Assembly (NCBI GenBank): GCA_965247095.1
Contig: OZ251997.1
Span: 2,112,001 to 2,176,000 of the forward strand
From: Candidatus Multivorans sp.
GTDB taxonomy: Bacteria; Acidobacteriota; Thermoanaerobaculia; Multivoradales; Multivoraceae
Reading direction: 5' to 3'
DNA length: 64,000 nt
The translations under genes and the position numbers were made by a program. Positions 30,310-43,700 of the stretch are shown one piece after another. The notes below the pieces were generated by a model that was given only the letters and a program-made list of their open reading frames with translations, was not told where the DNA came from and made no database searches. How positions within the stretch are numbered: position 1 is the stretch's first letter; each line of letters starts with the position of its first letter.

Positions 30310-31425
30310 GTGGCAACGCCTCTGACCGCGCCTGAGCGCCAACTGGCCGAAGTCCTGCCGCTCTACGCGGACAGTCCATGGCTCCAATTGCTGGCGATCG
30401 CACTTCTCGGCGCGCTCATCGCCTGGCTGGTCTCGCTGTTCCTCAAGCAGGTGGTCGCCAAACTGTTCGCACGCACCGCCACCGAGACGGACGACCATCT
30501 CCTCGCGGCGGCCTACTGGCCGATCTGGGTATCGATTTTCCTCATCGGTCTGAGCATCGGCGTGGCGCGGCTGCAGCTCAGCGAACTAGTGCAGGAGAAG
30601 ATCGGCAATTCGCTGCAGACCGTGGCGCTCCTGTTCTGGATCGTCGGCGGGCTTCGCGCCTCGGTGGTTCTGCTCCGGGCACTAGCCCGCCGGCGGCGGC
30701 GCGGCGGCCTGGTCTCCAAACACACCGAACCCCTGTTCGAGAACCTGGCGAAGGTGGCGATCGTCCTCCTGGGCGTCTACCTCGCGATCACCGTCTGGGG
30801 CGCCGACGTCTCGGGGCTGCTGGCGGCCGGCGGCATCGCAGGACTCACGATCGGCTTCGCGGCCCGCGACACCCTGGCGAACCTCTTCGCGGGCATCTTC
30901 ATCTTCGCGGACGGCCCCTACAAGATCGGCGACTTCATCACGCTGGACTCGGGCGAACGCGGCATGGTCACCGAGATCGGCATCCGCAGCACCCGCCTGC
31001 TCACGCGCGACGACATCGAGATCACGATCCCCAACGCGGTGATGGGGAACGCGAAGATCAACAACGAGAGTGGCGGCCCGCAGGTCAAGTACCGGATCCG
31101 GGTCCGGGTCGGTGTCGCCTACGGCAGCGATGTGGACCACGTCGAAGCGGTCCAGCTCCAGGTGGCCACCGACAACGACAAGGTGTGCGAACAACCCGAA
31201 CCTAGGGTACGGTTCCGCACCTTCGGTCCCTCCTCCATCGACTACGAGCTGCTGTGCTGGGTCGAGGAGCCGGTGCTTCGCGGCATCGCCACCCACGAGT
31301 TGGTCAAGGCGACACACAAGGCGTTCCGCGCCGCCGGGATCGAGATTCCCTTCAGCCAGCACGACATCCACATCAAGCAGCGGCCGGAGCCGATAAACCG
31401 CCCTGGCGACTCGCCCGCCGACTGA
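30310..31425 (+). CDS. mscS: Small-conductance mechanosensitive channel (start uncertain)
   Basis: GFAARDTLANLFAG, PYKIGDFI, GMVTEIGIRST, TIPN, VGVAYGSD, GIEIPF. Confidence 0.92.
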   Translation: MATPLTAPERQLAEVLPLYADSPWLQLLAIALLGALIAWLVSLFLKQVVAKLFARTATETDDHLLAAAYWPIWVSIFLIGLSIGVARLQLSELVQEKIGNSLQTVALLFWIVGGLRASVVLLRALARRRRRGGLVSKHTEPLFENLAKVAIVLLGVYLAITVWGADVSGLLAAGGIAGLTIGFAARDTLANLFAGIFIFADGPYKIGDFITLDSGERGMVTEIGIRSTRLLTRDDIEITIPNAVMGNAKINNESGGPQVKYRIRVRVGVAYGSDVDHVEAVQLQVATDNDKVCEQPEPRVRFRTFGPSSIDYELLCWVEEPVLRGIATHELVKATHKAFRAAGIEIPFSQHDIHIKQRPEPINRPGDSPAD

Positions 31426-31705
31426 CCACCTGAGGAGGCCGTCACCTGGTCGGAAGCTGGAACCTGACTGAGGTGGTCCCAGCTCACCGAACGGCCGTTC
31501 TCTTCATCTTCCCTTAAACCGGGCAAGGGTATACTCCGACCCTTCACTGTGCGGGCCGCACAGTCAACCAGAGTCGACCTGTCCAGAAAAGGCGACCGCC
31601 CCACGCGGGTGGTCGTTTTGCCCACCGCATTGCGCCCAGAGGACCTGCCACCCGCCTCGTCCAGACCATCGACCGGAACCTTCCCGCACCAGAAGAAGCA
31701 ACGCA

Positions 31706-34700
31706 ATGAACGGCCGGCGCCGCATTCCCCGACTCCCTTCCGCCGGCCGGAAGTCGGGAGGTGGAACGCCGATTCTCCTGATCGCGGCAATCGCCTGCCT
31801 TGCGCTTCCCGTTGGGGCGCGGGCGGACCTGACCGTGACTGGATCAGCGGCGCCGAGTTTCGCGGAGAACGGCACGGCGGCGGTGGGGACCTATTCGGTC
31901 ACGGGAGGTACGGGCGTTACCTGGAGCCTTTCCGGAACCGACATCGACGACTTGAGCATCGACTCGAGCACCGGGGAGCTGACGTTCGATAGCCCCCCCG
32001 ACTACGAGAACGCCGCCGACGCCGATACCAACAACACCTACCTGGTGACAGTGGAAGCTGACGACGGCACCGACACCGGCACGCTGGCCGTCACCGTCAC
32101 CGTGACCGACGTGGCGAGTGCAGCCCCGGTCTTTGTCGGATATGGCACAACGGCGGACTTCACTTACGAGGAGAACGGCACGGCGGCGGTCCAGGCCTTC
32201 ACGGTCACCACTCAAGACAGTAGTGATTCGGTCTACGTCCACATCTCTACTGGTGATGATGACGACGACTTCGTCGGAGTCTGGAGCAACGGTACGTTCA
32301 CCCTGGCGTTCGACCGTCAGCCCAACTACGAGGATCCTCACGACGAGGACACCGACAACGAATACGAGGTCAATCTGCAGGCTGTCGCCGTGGGCAGCAC
32401 CATCCTTGTCTCCTCGCTAGTGATTGACGTTACCGTGACCGACGTGGAGGAAGATCCCCTCTTCGGCGGCGACACAGGCGGCTTCGTCACCGAGGACGAC
32501 TCCACCACAACCGTCAGCGGCACCCTGACCGTTAACGACGACGACGACACAACCATCATCGCTCAGAGCAATACCGCCGGGACCTACGGGTCCTTCTCCA
32601 TCACTTCCACCGGCGCCTGGACGTACACTCTCGACAACACCGATCCCAGCACCAACGCCCTCGACGTCGGCGAGGACGTCACCGAGAGCTTCACCGTCTA
32701 CGCCTCCGACGGCACCAGCCAGGATGTCGTCATCACCATCTCCGGCTACGACGACGCCCCCGCCGTTACTGGACCAACGGCGCCCTTGTACGCCGAGAAC
32801 GGCACGGATCCGGTGGCGATCTACTCGGCCATCGACCCGGAAGGGCATTCTTTCCAGTGGGCTTTCTTGGGGGACGATACGACGCGATTCTCCTACAGTC
32901 GCATCGCGAACACGCCCGACATCGAGTTGAATTTCGTGAGCACCGACCGGCCCGACTACGAGACCCCTGCCGACACGAACAGTGACAACGCCTATGAGCT
33001 AGCTCTGCTTCCCTATGCGTCCGGCACCAGGACCGGCTATCCGTACTACGTCACCGTATCCGTCACCGACGTGAACGAAGCCCCCACCTTCGACGAGGGG
33101 TCCAGTACGACCCGCTCCATCGACGAGAACTCGCCGCCGGGGACGCCAGTGGGAAACGCCGTCACGGCGACCGACCCGGACACCAACACGGCGTACTCCT
33201 CGCTGGCCTACTCCCTCTCGGGCACCGACGCCTCCTCCTTCGACATCCATGCCACGACCGGCCAGATCTCCGTGGCCAACGGCGCCACGCTCGACTGGGA
33301 AAGTAAGACCAGCTACTCCGTCACCGTGGAGGTCTCCGACCGCAGGCACGCCGGCGGCGCCCCCGACTCCACCATCGACGACACCATTGCCGTCACCATC
33401 AACGTGAACGACGCAAGTATCAATCTGGCGGTGAACACGACGAGCGTGGCCGAGGACGACGGCGCGACCACGGTGACGGTGACGGCGACGTTGGACGGCG
33501 GCGCGATCGGTAGCGCGACGACGGTGTCGGTCTCGGTGGCGGGAAGCGGGACGAACACGGCGGTGGACTTCGCGGCAGTCACGACTTTCAATATCAACAT
33601 CCCGGCGAACGTGTCGTCGGCGACGGGAACGTTCACGCTCACGCCGACCGATGACACGGTGGACGAGACGGACGAGACGGTGACGGTGACGGGCATTGCC
33701 GGCACGTTGACGGTCGCTTCGGCGACGCTGAGCCTGACGGACGACGAAACGACGCCGACGGTGACTTTGGCGTTGGACGACAACTCGGTGAGCGAGAACG
33801 GCGGGCAGGCCACGGTGACGGCGAGTCTGAGCGGGGCGTCGAGCGCGGTGACCACAGTGACCGTGTCGGCGGCGGCAGTGCCGCCCGCGGTTGCCGCGGA
33901 CCTCACGCTGACAGGCACGACGCTGACGATCGCAGCAGGCGACACCTCGAGCACCGGGCTGGTGACCATCACCGGGGTCGATAACAACGTGGCCGCATCC
34001 AACAAGACGGTGAACGTCTCGGCGAGCGTGAGCGGCGGCAACGGTGTGGCGGCGCCGGCCGGCACGACCCTGACGCTGGAGGACGATGACGCGGCGGGAA
34101 TCACGCTGTCGGTGAGCCAGGCGAGCGTAGCCGAGGACGCCGACCCGACCGATGTGACGGTGACGGCCACGGTGACCGACGGCAATACCCTCGCCGCGGC
34201 CCAGAGCGTGACGGTGGCGGTGGGCACGGCGGGCGACGCGGCGTCGGAAGGAGAGGACTACGAGACGGTCGCCGACTTCACGATCACCATCGAGGCGGGC
34301 AGCACGAGCGAGACCGGCACGTTCAGCCTCGATCCGACCGATGACGAGCTGGACGAGGGGACCGGCGAGACGCTGAGTGTTGGGGGCAGCACGACGGGCG
34401 GGGCAACGGTCACCGGGACCACGGTGACGATCACCGACAACGACGCGGCGCCCAGCGGGATCACGCTGTCGGTGAGCCCGACCATCGTGATCGAGGGCGC
34501 CGGCCCGACCACGGTGACGGTCACGGCGACGGTGGAGGGCGGCACGACCTACGCCACGGCCCAAGGCGTGACGGTGGAGGTGGGCGCGGCGGGCGACGCG
34601 GCGACGGAAGGCACCGACTACGCGGCGGTCGACGACTTCACCGTCACCATCCCGGCAGGCAGCACGAGCGATACCGGCACGTTCAGCCTCGATGCCACCG

Positions 34701-37700
34701 ATGACGAGCTGGACGAGGGGAACGGCGAGACGCTGAGCGTGAGCGGCACGCTGAGCGGCGTGACGGTCACCCCGGCCGCGGTGACGATAACCGACGAAGC
34801 CCCCTCGCCGCCTGCCGCGCCCACCAACCTCACTGCCACGGCCGGCAACGCGCAAGTGACCCTCGCCTGGGAGGACCCCGGCGACTCGAGCATCACCGGC
34901 TACAGATACCTGCAGAGCACCGACGGCGGCATGACGTTTGGGACGGGCACGACGATCACGGGCTCGGGCGCCAACACCACGAGCTACGTCGTCGACCAGG
35001 TCACGAGCGGCACCGCCTACACGTTCAAGGTCCAGGCGCAGAACCCGGGCGGCTGGAGCGCTTCGTCCAACGAGGCCACCGCAACCCCGCAGCAGCCGCC
35101 GCCCGGCGCGCCCACAAACTTCATCGCCACCGCCGGCAACGCGCAGGTGACCCTCGCCTGGGCAAACCCCAACGACTCCAACATCACCGCCTACCGGTAC
35201 CGCCAGAGCACTGACGGCGGCACGACGTTCGGGACGTTCACGACGATCACGGGCTCGGGCGCCAACACCACGAGCCACGTCGTCGACCAGCTCACCAACG
35301 GCGCCGCCTACACCTTCGAGATCCAGGCGCAGAACACGGGAGGCTGGAGCGACTTGTCCACCCAGGCCACCGCGACCCCGATCGCGCCTCCCGTCGTGCC
35401 CACGAACCTCGCTGCCACCGCCGGCAACGGGATAGTCATCCTGGGCTGGGCAGACCCCAGAGACTCCAGCATCACCGCCTACCGGTACCGCCAGAGCACC
35501 GACGGCGGCGCCACGTTCGGGGCGTTCACGACGATCTCAGGCTCGGGCGCCAACACCACGAGCCACGTCGTTGACCAGCTCACCAGCGGCACCGCCTACA
35601 CCTTCGAGATCCAGGCGAAAAACGCGGGTGGCTGGAGCGGCTCGTCCAACCGGGCCACCGCGACCCCGATCGCGCCGCCCGGCGCGCCCACAAACTTCAT
35701 CGCCACCGCCAGCAACGCGCAGGTGACCCTCGCCTGGGCAAACCCCAACGACTCCAACATCACCGCCTACCGGTACCGCCAGAGCACTGACGGCGGCGCC
35801 ACGTTCGGGACGTTCACGACGATCGCGGGCTCGGGCGCCTCCACCACGAGCCACGTCGTCGACCAGCTCACCAACGGCACCGCCTACACGTTCGAAATCC
35901 AGGCGCAGAACGCGGGAGGCTGGAGCACTTCGTCCATCCAGGCCACCGCGACCCCGATGGTGCCTGCTGGCACGCCCACGGGCCTAACGGCCACCGCCGG
36001 CAACGGGATAGTGACCCTCGGCTGGGCAAATCCCAGCGACCCCAGCATCCTCCGCTACCGCTACCGGCAGAGCACCGACGGCGGCGCCACGTTCGGGGCG
36101 TTCGTGACAATCGCGGGCTCGGGCGCCAACACTACGAGCCACATCGTCACCGGGCTCACCAACGGCAGTACCTACACGTTCGAAATCCAGGCGCAGCGCT
36201 CGTTTGGCTGGAGCCCTTCGTCCAACCGAGCTTCCGCGGCCCTGCTAACCGCGCCTCCCGTCGCGCCCACGGTCCTCACTGCCACCGCCGGCAACGGAAT
36301 AGTGACCCTCGAATGGGAAAACCCCAATGACACCAACATCACGGCTTACCGGTACCGGCAGAGCACCGACGGCGGCGCCACGTTCGGGGCGTTCGTGACA
36401 ATCGCGGGCTCGGGCGCCTCCACCACGAGCCACGTCGTGGGCCAGCTCACCAACGGCACCGCTTACACGTTCGAGATCCAGGCGCAAAACACAGTCGGCT
36501 GGAGTGCTTCCTCCAACCAGGACACCGCGACCCCGATCGAGCCTCTTGGCGCGCCCACGAGCCTCACCGCCACCGCCGGCAACGCGCAGGTGACCCTGGG
36601 CTGGGCAAACCCCAACGACACCAGCATCACGGCCTACCGCTACCGGCAGAGCACCAACGGCGGAGTGTCGTTCGGGGTGTTCGCGACGATCGCGGGCTCG
36701 GGCGCCAACACCACGAGCCACGTCGTTATCCAGCTCACCAACGGCACCGCCTACACGTTCGAGATCCAGGCGCAGCGCTCGGCGGTCTGGAGCGCTTCGT
36801 CCAACCAGGCCGCCGCGACCCCGATCGCGCCTCCTGACTCGCCCTTGAACCTCACCGCCACCGCCGGCAACGGGACAGCAATCCTCGGCTGGGCAGAACC
36901 CGACGACGCCAGCATCACGGCCTACCGCTACCGGCAGAGCACCGACGGCGGCACGACGTTCGGGGCGTTCACGACGATCGCAGGCTCGAGTGCCTCCACC
37001 ACGAGCCACATCGTTTCCCAGCTCACCAACGGCACCGCCTACACGTTCGAGATCCAGGCGCAGCGCTCGTCGGACTGGAGCGCTTCGTCCAACCAGGCCA
37101 CAGCGACCCCGTTCGCGCCTCCCGCCGCGCCCACGAGCTTCACCGCGACCACCGGCAACGGGCAGGTGACCCTCGACTGGGCGGAACCCTACGACTCCAG
37201 CATCACCGCCTACCGGTACCGGCAGAGCACCGACGGCGGCACGACGTTCGGGGCGTTCACGACGATCACGGGCTCGGGCGCCAACACCACGAGCCACGTC
37301 GTCGCCCAGCTCACCAACGGCACCGCCTACACATTCGAGATCCAGGCGCAAAACGCGAGCGGCTGGAGCGCTTCGTCCAACCGGGCCGCCGCGACCCCGA
37401 TCGTGCCTACCGCAACGCCCACGGGCCTCACCGCCACCGCCGGCAACGCGCAGGTTACCCTTGGGTGGGCAGACCCCAACGACTCCAGCATCACCGCCTA
37501 CCGGTACCGGCAGAGCACCAACGGCGGAGTGTCGTTCGGGGCGTTCGTGACAATCGCGGGCTCGGGCGCCGCCACCACGAGCCACGTCGTTTCCCAGCTC
37601 ACGAACGGCATCGCCTACACGTTCGAGATCCAGGCGCAGCGCTCGTCAGGCTGGAGCGCTTCGTCAAACCAGGCCACAGCGACCCCGTTCGCGCCTCCCG

Positions 37701-40700
37701 ACGCGCCCACGAGCTTCACCGCGACCGCTGGCGACGGGCGGGTGACCCTCGGGTGGGCGGAACCCTACGACCGATCCAGCATCACCGCCTACCGGTACCG
37801 GCAGAGCACCGACGGCGGCACGACGTTCGGAGCGTTCAGAACGATTACAGGTTCGGGCGCCTCCACCACGAGCCACACCGTCTCCCAGCTCACCAACGGC
37901 ACCGAGTACACATTCGAGGTCCAGGCGCAAAACGCGAGCGGCTGGAGCGTTTCGTCCAGTCAGGCCACGGTCGCCCCGCAGATCGCGTCTCCCGCCGCAC
38001 CCGCGGGCCTCAACGCCACCGCCGGCAACGCGCAGGTAACCCTCGCCTGGGTAGACCCCAGCGACTCCGGCATCACCGCCTACCGCTACCGGCAGAGCAC
38101 CGACGGCGGCACCTTCGGAGACTTCACAACGATCGCGGGCTCGGGCGCATCGACTAAGAGTCACGTCGTCGGCCAGCTCACGAACGGCACCGCCTACACG
38201 TTCGAGATCCAGGCCCAGAACGCAGGCGGCTGGAGCGCTTCGTCAAACCAAACTACGGTCACCCCGCAGATCCAGCCTCCCGGCGCAGCCACGGGCCTCA
38301 CCGCCACCGCCGGCAACGGGCAGGTGACCCTCGGCTGGGTGAATCCCAGCGGCTCCGGCATGACCGCCTCCCGGTACCGGAAGAGCACCGACGGCGGCTT
38401 GACGTTCGGGGCGTTTACGACCATCACGGGCTCAGGCGCGAGCCACGTCGTGGACCAGCTCACCAACAACACCAGCTACACGTTTGTCGTCCAGGCGGGG
38501 AACGCCGGTGGCTGGAGTACCTCGTCCAACGAAGCCACCGCGACCCCAATACAGCCGTTGGTGGCCTCCTTCGCGGCGTCGAGCTACAGGACCACGGAGG
38601 GCGGCACCGCCGCCGCGGTGACGGTGAGTCTGGACCAGACGTCGGACAGGGCGCTGACGATCCCGATCACGACCGATCCGACGAGCGGCGACTTTTCTCT
38701 GTCGTCCACCAGCTTGACCTTCGCCAGCGGCGATCAGAGCAAGACGTTCACGGTGACCGCGAGCGAGGACGCGGACCTCGATGACGACACGGTGGAGCTG
38801 GGCTTCGGGACGCTGCCGACAGCCGTAACCGCGGGGAACCAGGCGACGGCGACGGTGGCGCTGGAGGACGACGACGGCGCGGCGCTGCAGGTGAGTTTCG
38901 GGGCGTCGACCTACACGGCGATCGAGAACGGCGCCGCCGTCACGGTGACGGTGAGCCTGGACGCGACGTCGGACAGGGCGCTGACGATCCCGATCACGAC
39001 CGATCCGGCGACCGGCGACTTTTCCCTGTCGGCCGACAGTTTGAGCTTCGCTGTGGGCGATCAGAGCAAGACGTTCACGGTGACCGCGAGCGAGGACGCG
39101 GACCTCGACGACGACACGGTGACCTTGAGCTTCGGCACCCTGCCGACGGGCGTGACCGCGGGGAGCCAGGCGACGGTGGCGCTGGAGGACGACGACGGCG
39201 CGGCGCTGCAGGTGAGTTTCGGGGCGTCGACCTACACGGCGATCGAGAACGGCGCCGCCGTCACGGTGACGGTGAGCCTGGACGCGACGTCGGACAGGGC
39301 GCTGACGATCCCGATCACGACCGATCCGGCGACCGGCGACTTTTCCCTGTCGGCCGACAGTTTGAGCTTCGCCAGCGGCGATCAGAGCAAGACGTTCACG
39401 GTGACCGCGAGCGAGGACGCGGACCTCGACGACGACACGGTGGAGCTGGGCTTCGGGACGCTGCCGACAGCCGTAACCGCGGGGAGCCAGGCGGCGGCGA
39501 CGGTGGCGCTGGAGGACGACGACGGCGCGGCGCTGCAGGTGAGTTTCGGGGCGTCGACCTACACGGCGATCGAGAACGGCGCCGCCGTCACGGTGACGGT
39601 GAGCCTGGACGCGACGTCGGACAGGGCGCTGACGATCCCGATCACGACCGATCCGGCGACCGGCGACTTTTCCCTGTCGGCCGACAGTTTGAGCTTCGCT
39701 GTGGGCGATCAGAGCAAGACGTTCACGGTGACCGCGAGCGAGGACGCGGACCTCGACGACGACACGGTGACCTTGAGCTTCGGCACCCTGCCGACAGCCG
39801 TAACCGCGGGGAGCCAGGCGACGGCGACGGTGGCGCTGGAGGACGACGACGGCGCGGCGCTGCAGGTGAGTTTCGGGGCGTCGACCTACACGGCGATCGA
39901 GAACGGCGCCGCCGTCACGGTGACGGTGAGCCTGGACGCGACGTCGGACAGGGCGCTGACGATCCCGATCACGACCGATCCGGCGACCGGCGACTTTTCC
40001 CTGTCGGCCGACAGTTTGAGCTTCGCTGTGGGCGATCAGAGCAAGACGTTCACGGTGACCGCGAGCGAGGACGCGGACCTCGACGACGACACGGTGACCT
40101 TGAGCTTCGGCACCCTGCCGACGGGCGTGACCGCGGGGAGCCAGGCGGCGGCGACGGTGGCGCTGGAGGACGACGACGGCGCGGCGCTGCAGGTGAGTTT
40201 CGGGGCGTCGACCTACACGGCGATCGAGGGCGAGGCGGCCGTCACGGTGACGGTGAGCCTGGACGCGACGTCGGACAGGGCGCTGACGATCCCGATCACG
40301 ACCGATCCGGCGACCGGCGACTTTTCCCTGTCGGCCGACAGTTTGAGCTTCGCTGTGGGCGATCAGAGCAAGACGTTCACGGTGACCGCGAGCGAGGACG
40401 CGGACCTCGACGACGACACGGTGACCTTGAGCTTCGGCACCCTGCCGACGGGCGTGACCGCGGGGAGCCAGGCGGCGGCGACGGTGGCGCTGGAGGACGA
40501 CGACGGCGCGGCGCTGCAGGTGAGTTTCGGGGCGTCGACCTACACGGCGATCGAGGGCGAGGCGGCCGTCACGGTGACGGTGAGCCTGGACGCGACATCG
40601 GACCGGGCGCTGACGATCCCGATCACGACCGATCCGACGAGCGGCGACTTTTCTCTGTCGTCCACCAGCTTGACCTTCGCCAGCGGCGATCAGAGCAAGA

Positions 40701-43700
40701 CGTTCACGGTGACCGCGAGCGAGGACGCGGACCTCGACGACGACACGGTGGAGCTGGGCTTCGGGACGCTGCCGACGGCCGTAACCGCGGGGAACCAGGC
40801 GACGGTGACGGTGGCGCTGGAGGACGACGACGGCGCGGCGCTGCAGGTGAGTTTCGGGGCGTCGACCTACACGGCGATCGAGAACGGCGCCGCCGTCACG
40901 GTGACGGTGAGCCTCGACGCGACATCGGACCGGGCGCTGACGATCCCGATCACGACCGATCCGACGAGCGGCGACTTTTCTCTGTCGTCCACCAGCTTGA
41001 CCTTCGCCAGCGGCGATCAGAGCAAGACGTTCACGGTGACCGCGAGCGAGGACGCGGACCTCGATGACGACACGGTGGAGCTGGGCTTCGGGACGCTGCC
41101 GACGGCCGTAACCGCGGGGAACCAGGCGACGGCGACGGTGGCGCTGGAGGACGACGACGGCGCGGCGCTGCAGGTGACCTTCGGGGCGTCGACCTACACG
41201 GCGATCGAGAACGGCGCCGCCGTCACGGTGACGGTGAGCCTCGACGCGACATCGGACCGGGCGCTGACGATCCCGATCACGACCGATCCGACGAGCGGCG
41301 ACTTTTCTCTGTCGTCCACCAGCTTGACCTTCGCCAGCGGCGATCAGAGCAAGACGTTCACGGTGACCGCGAGCGAGGACGCGGACCTCGATGACGACAC
41401 GGTGGAGCTGGGCTTCGGGACGCTGCCGACGGCCGTAACCGCGGGGAACCAGGCGGCGGCGACGGTGGCGCTGGAGGACGACGACGGCGCGGCGCTGCAG
41501 GTGAGTTTCGGAGCGTCGACCTACACGGCGATCGAGAACGGCGCCGCCGTCACGGTGACGGTGAGCCTCGACGCGACATCGGACCGGGCGCTGACGATCC
41601 CGATCACGACCGATCCGACGAGCGGCGACTTTTCTCTGTCGGCCACCAGTTTGACCTTCGCCAGCGGCGATCAGAGCAAGGCGTTCACGGTGACCGCGAG
41701 CGAGGATGCGGACCTCGACGACGAGACGGTAACGCTGAGCTTCGGCACCTTGCCGACGGGCGTCACCGCCGGCACGCCGTCGTCGGCGGCGGTGACGCTG
41801 GAGGACGACGACGACGACGCGGAGGCGTTGACGGTGACCTTCGGGAAGTCGACCTACACGGCGATCGAGAACGGCGCCGCCGCCTCGGTGACGGTGGGTC
41901 TGGACAAGATGTCGGACCGGGCGCTGACGATCCCGATCAGCCTCTCGCCGTCGACCGGCGACTTCAGCGCATCGTCCACCAGTCTGAGCTTCGCGGCAGG
42001 CGACCAGACCAAGACGATCACGGTGACCGCGAGCGAGGACGCGGACCTCGACGACGAGACGGTGACGCTGAGCTTCGGCACCTTGCCGACGGGCGTCACC
42101 GCCGGCACGCCGTCGTCCGCGGCGGTGACGCTGGAGGACGACGACGACGACGCGGAGGCGTTGACGGTGACCTTCGGGAAGTCGACCTACACGGCGATCG
42201 AGAACGGCGCCGCCGCCTCGGTGACGGTGGGTCTGGACAAGATGTCGGACCGGGCGCTGACGATCCCGATCAGCCTCTCGCCGTCGACCGGCGACTTCAG
42301 CGCATCGTCCACCAGTCTGAGCTTCGCGGCAGGCGACCAGACCAAGACGATCACGGTGACCGCGAGCGAGGACGCGGACCTCGACGACGAGACGGTGACG
42401 CTGAGCTTCGGCACCTTGCCGACGGGCGTCACCGCCGGCACGCCGTCATCGGCGGCGGTGACGCTGGAGGACGACGACGACGACGCGGAGGCGTTGACGG
42501 TGACCTTCGGCGCGTCGACCTACACGGCGATCGAGAACGGCGCCGCAGCGGCGGTGACGGTCGGTCTGGACAAGATGTCGGACCGGGCGCTGACCATCCC
42601 GATCACCCTCTCGCCGTCGACCGGGGACTTCAGCGCATCGTCCACCAGCCTGAGCTTCGCGGCAGGCGACCGGACCAAGACGATCACGGTGACCGCGAGC
42701 GAGGATGCGGACCTCGCCGACGAGACGGTGACGCTGAGCTTCGGCACCCTGCCGACGGGCGTCACCGCCGGCACGCCGTCGTCGGCGGCGGTGACGCTGG
42801 AGGACGACGACGACGCCGCGGAGGCGTTGACGGTGACCTTCGGGAAGTCGACCTACACGGCGATCGAGAACGGCGCCGCCGCCTCGGTGACGGTGGGTCT
42901 GGACAAGATGGCGGACCGGGCGCTGACCATCCCGATCACCCTCTCGCCGTCGACCGGGGACTTCAGCGCATCGTCCACCAGCCTGAGCTTCGCGGCAGGC
43001 GACCAGACCAAGACGATCACGGTGACCGCGAGCGAGGACGCGGACCTCGACGACGAGACGGTGACGCTGAGCTTCGGCACCTTGCCGACGGGCGTCACCG
43101 CCGGCACGCCGTCGTCGGCGGCGGTGACGCTGGAGGACGACGACGACGCCGCGGAGGCGTTGACGGTGACCTTCGGGAAGTCGACCTACACGGCGATCGA
43201 GAACGGCACTGCGGCAGCGGTGACGGTGGGTCTGGACAAGATGGCGGACCGGGCGCTGACCATCCCGATCACCCTCTCGCCGTCGACCGGGGACTTCAGC
43301 GCATCGTCCACCAGCCTGAGCTTCGCGGCAGGCGACCAGACCAAGACGATCACGGTGACCGCGAGCGAGGACACGGACCTCGACGACGAGACGGTGACGC
43401 TGAGCTTCGGCACCTTGCCGACGGGCGTCACCGCCGGCACGCCGTCGTCGGCGGCGGTGACGCTCGAGGACGACGACGACGCCGCGGAGGCGTTGACGGT
43501 GACCTTCGGGGCGTCGACCTACACGGCGATCGAGAACGGCGCCGCCGTCACGGTGACGGTGAGTCTGGACGCGACGTCGGACCGGGCGCTGACGATCCCG
43601 ATCAGCCTTTCGCCGTCGACCGGCGACTTCAGCGCATCGTCCACCAGTCTGAGCTTCGCGGCAGGCGACCAGACCAAGACGATCACGGTGACCGCGAGCG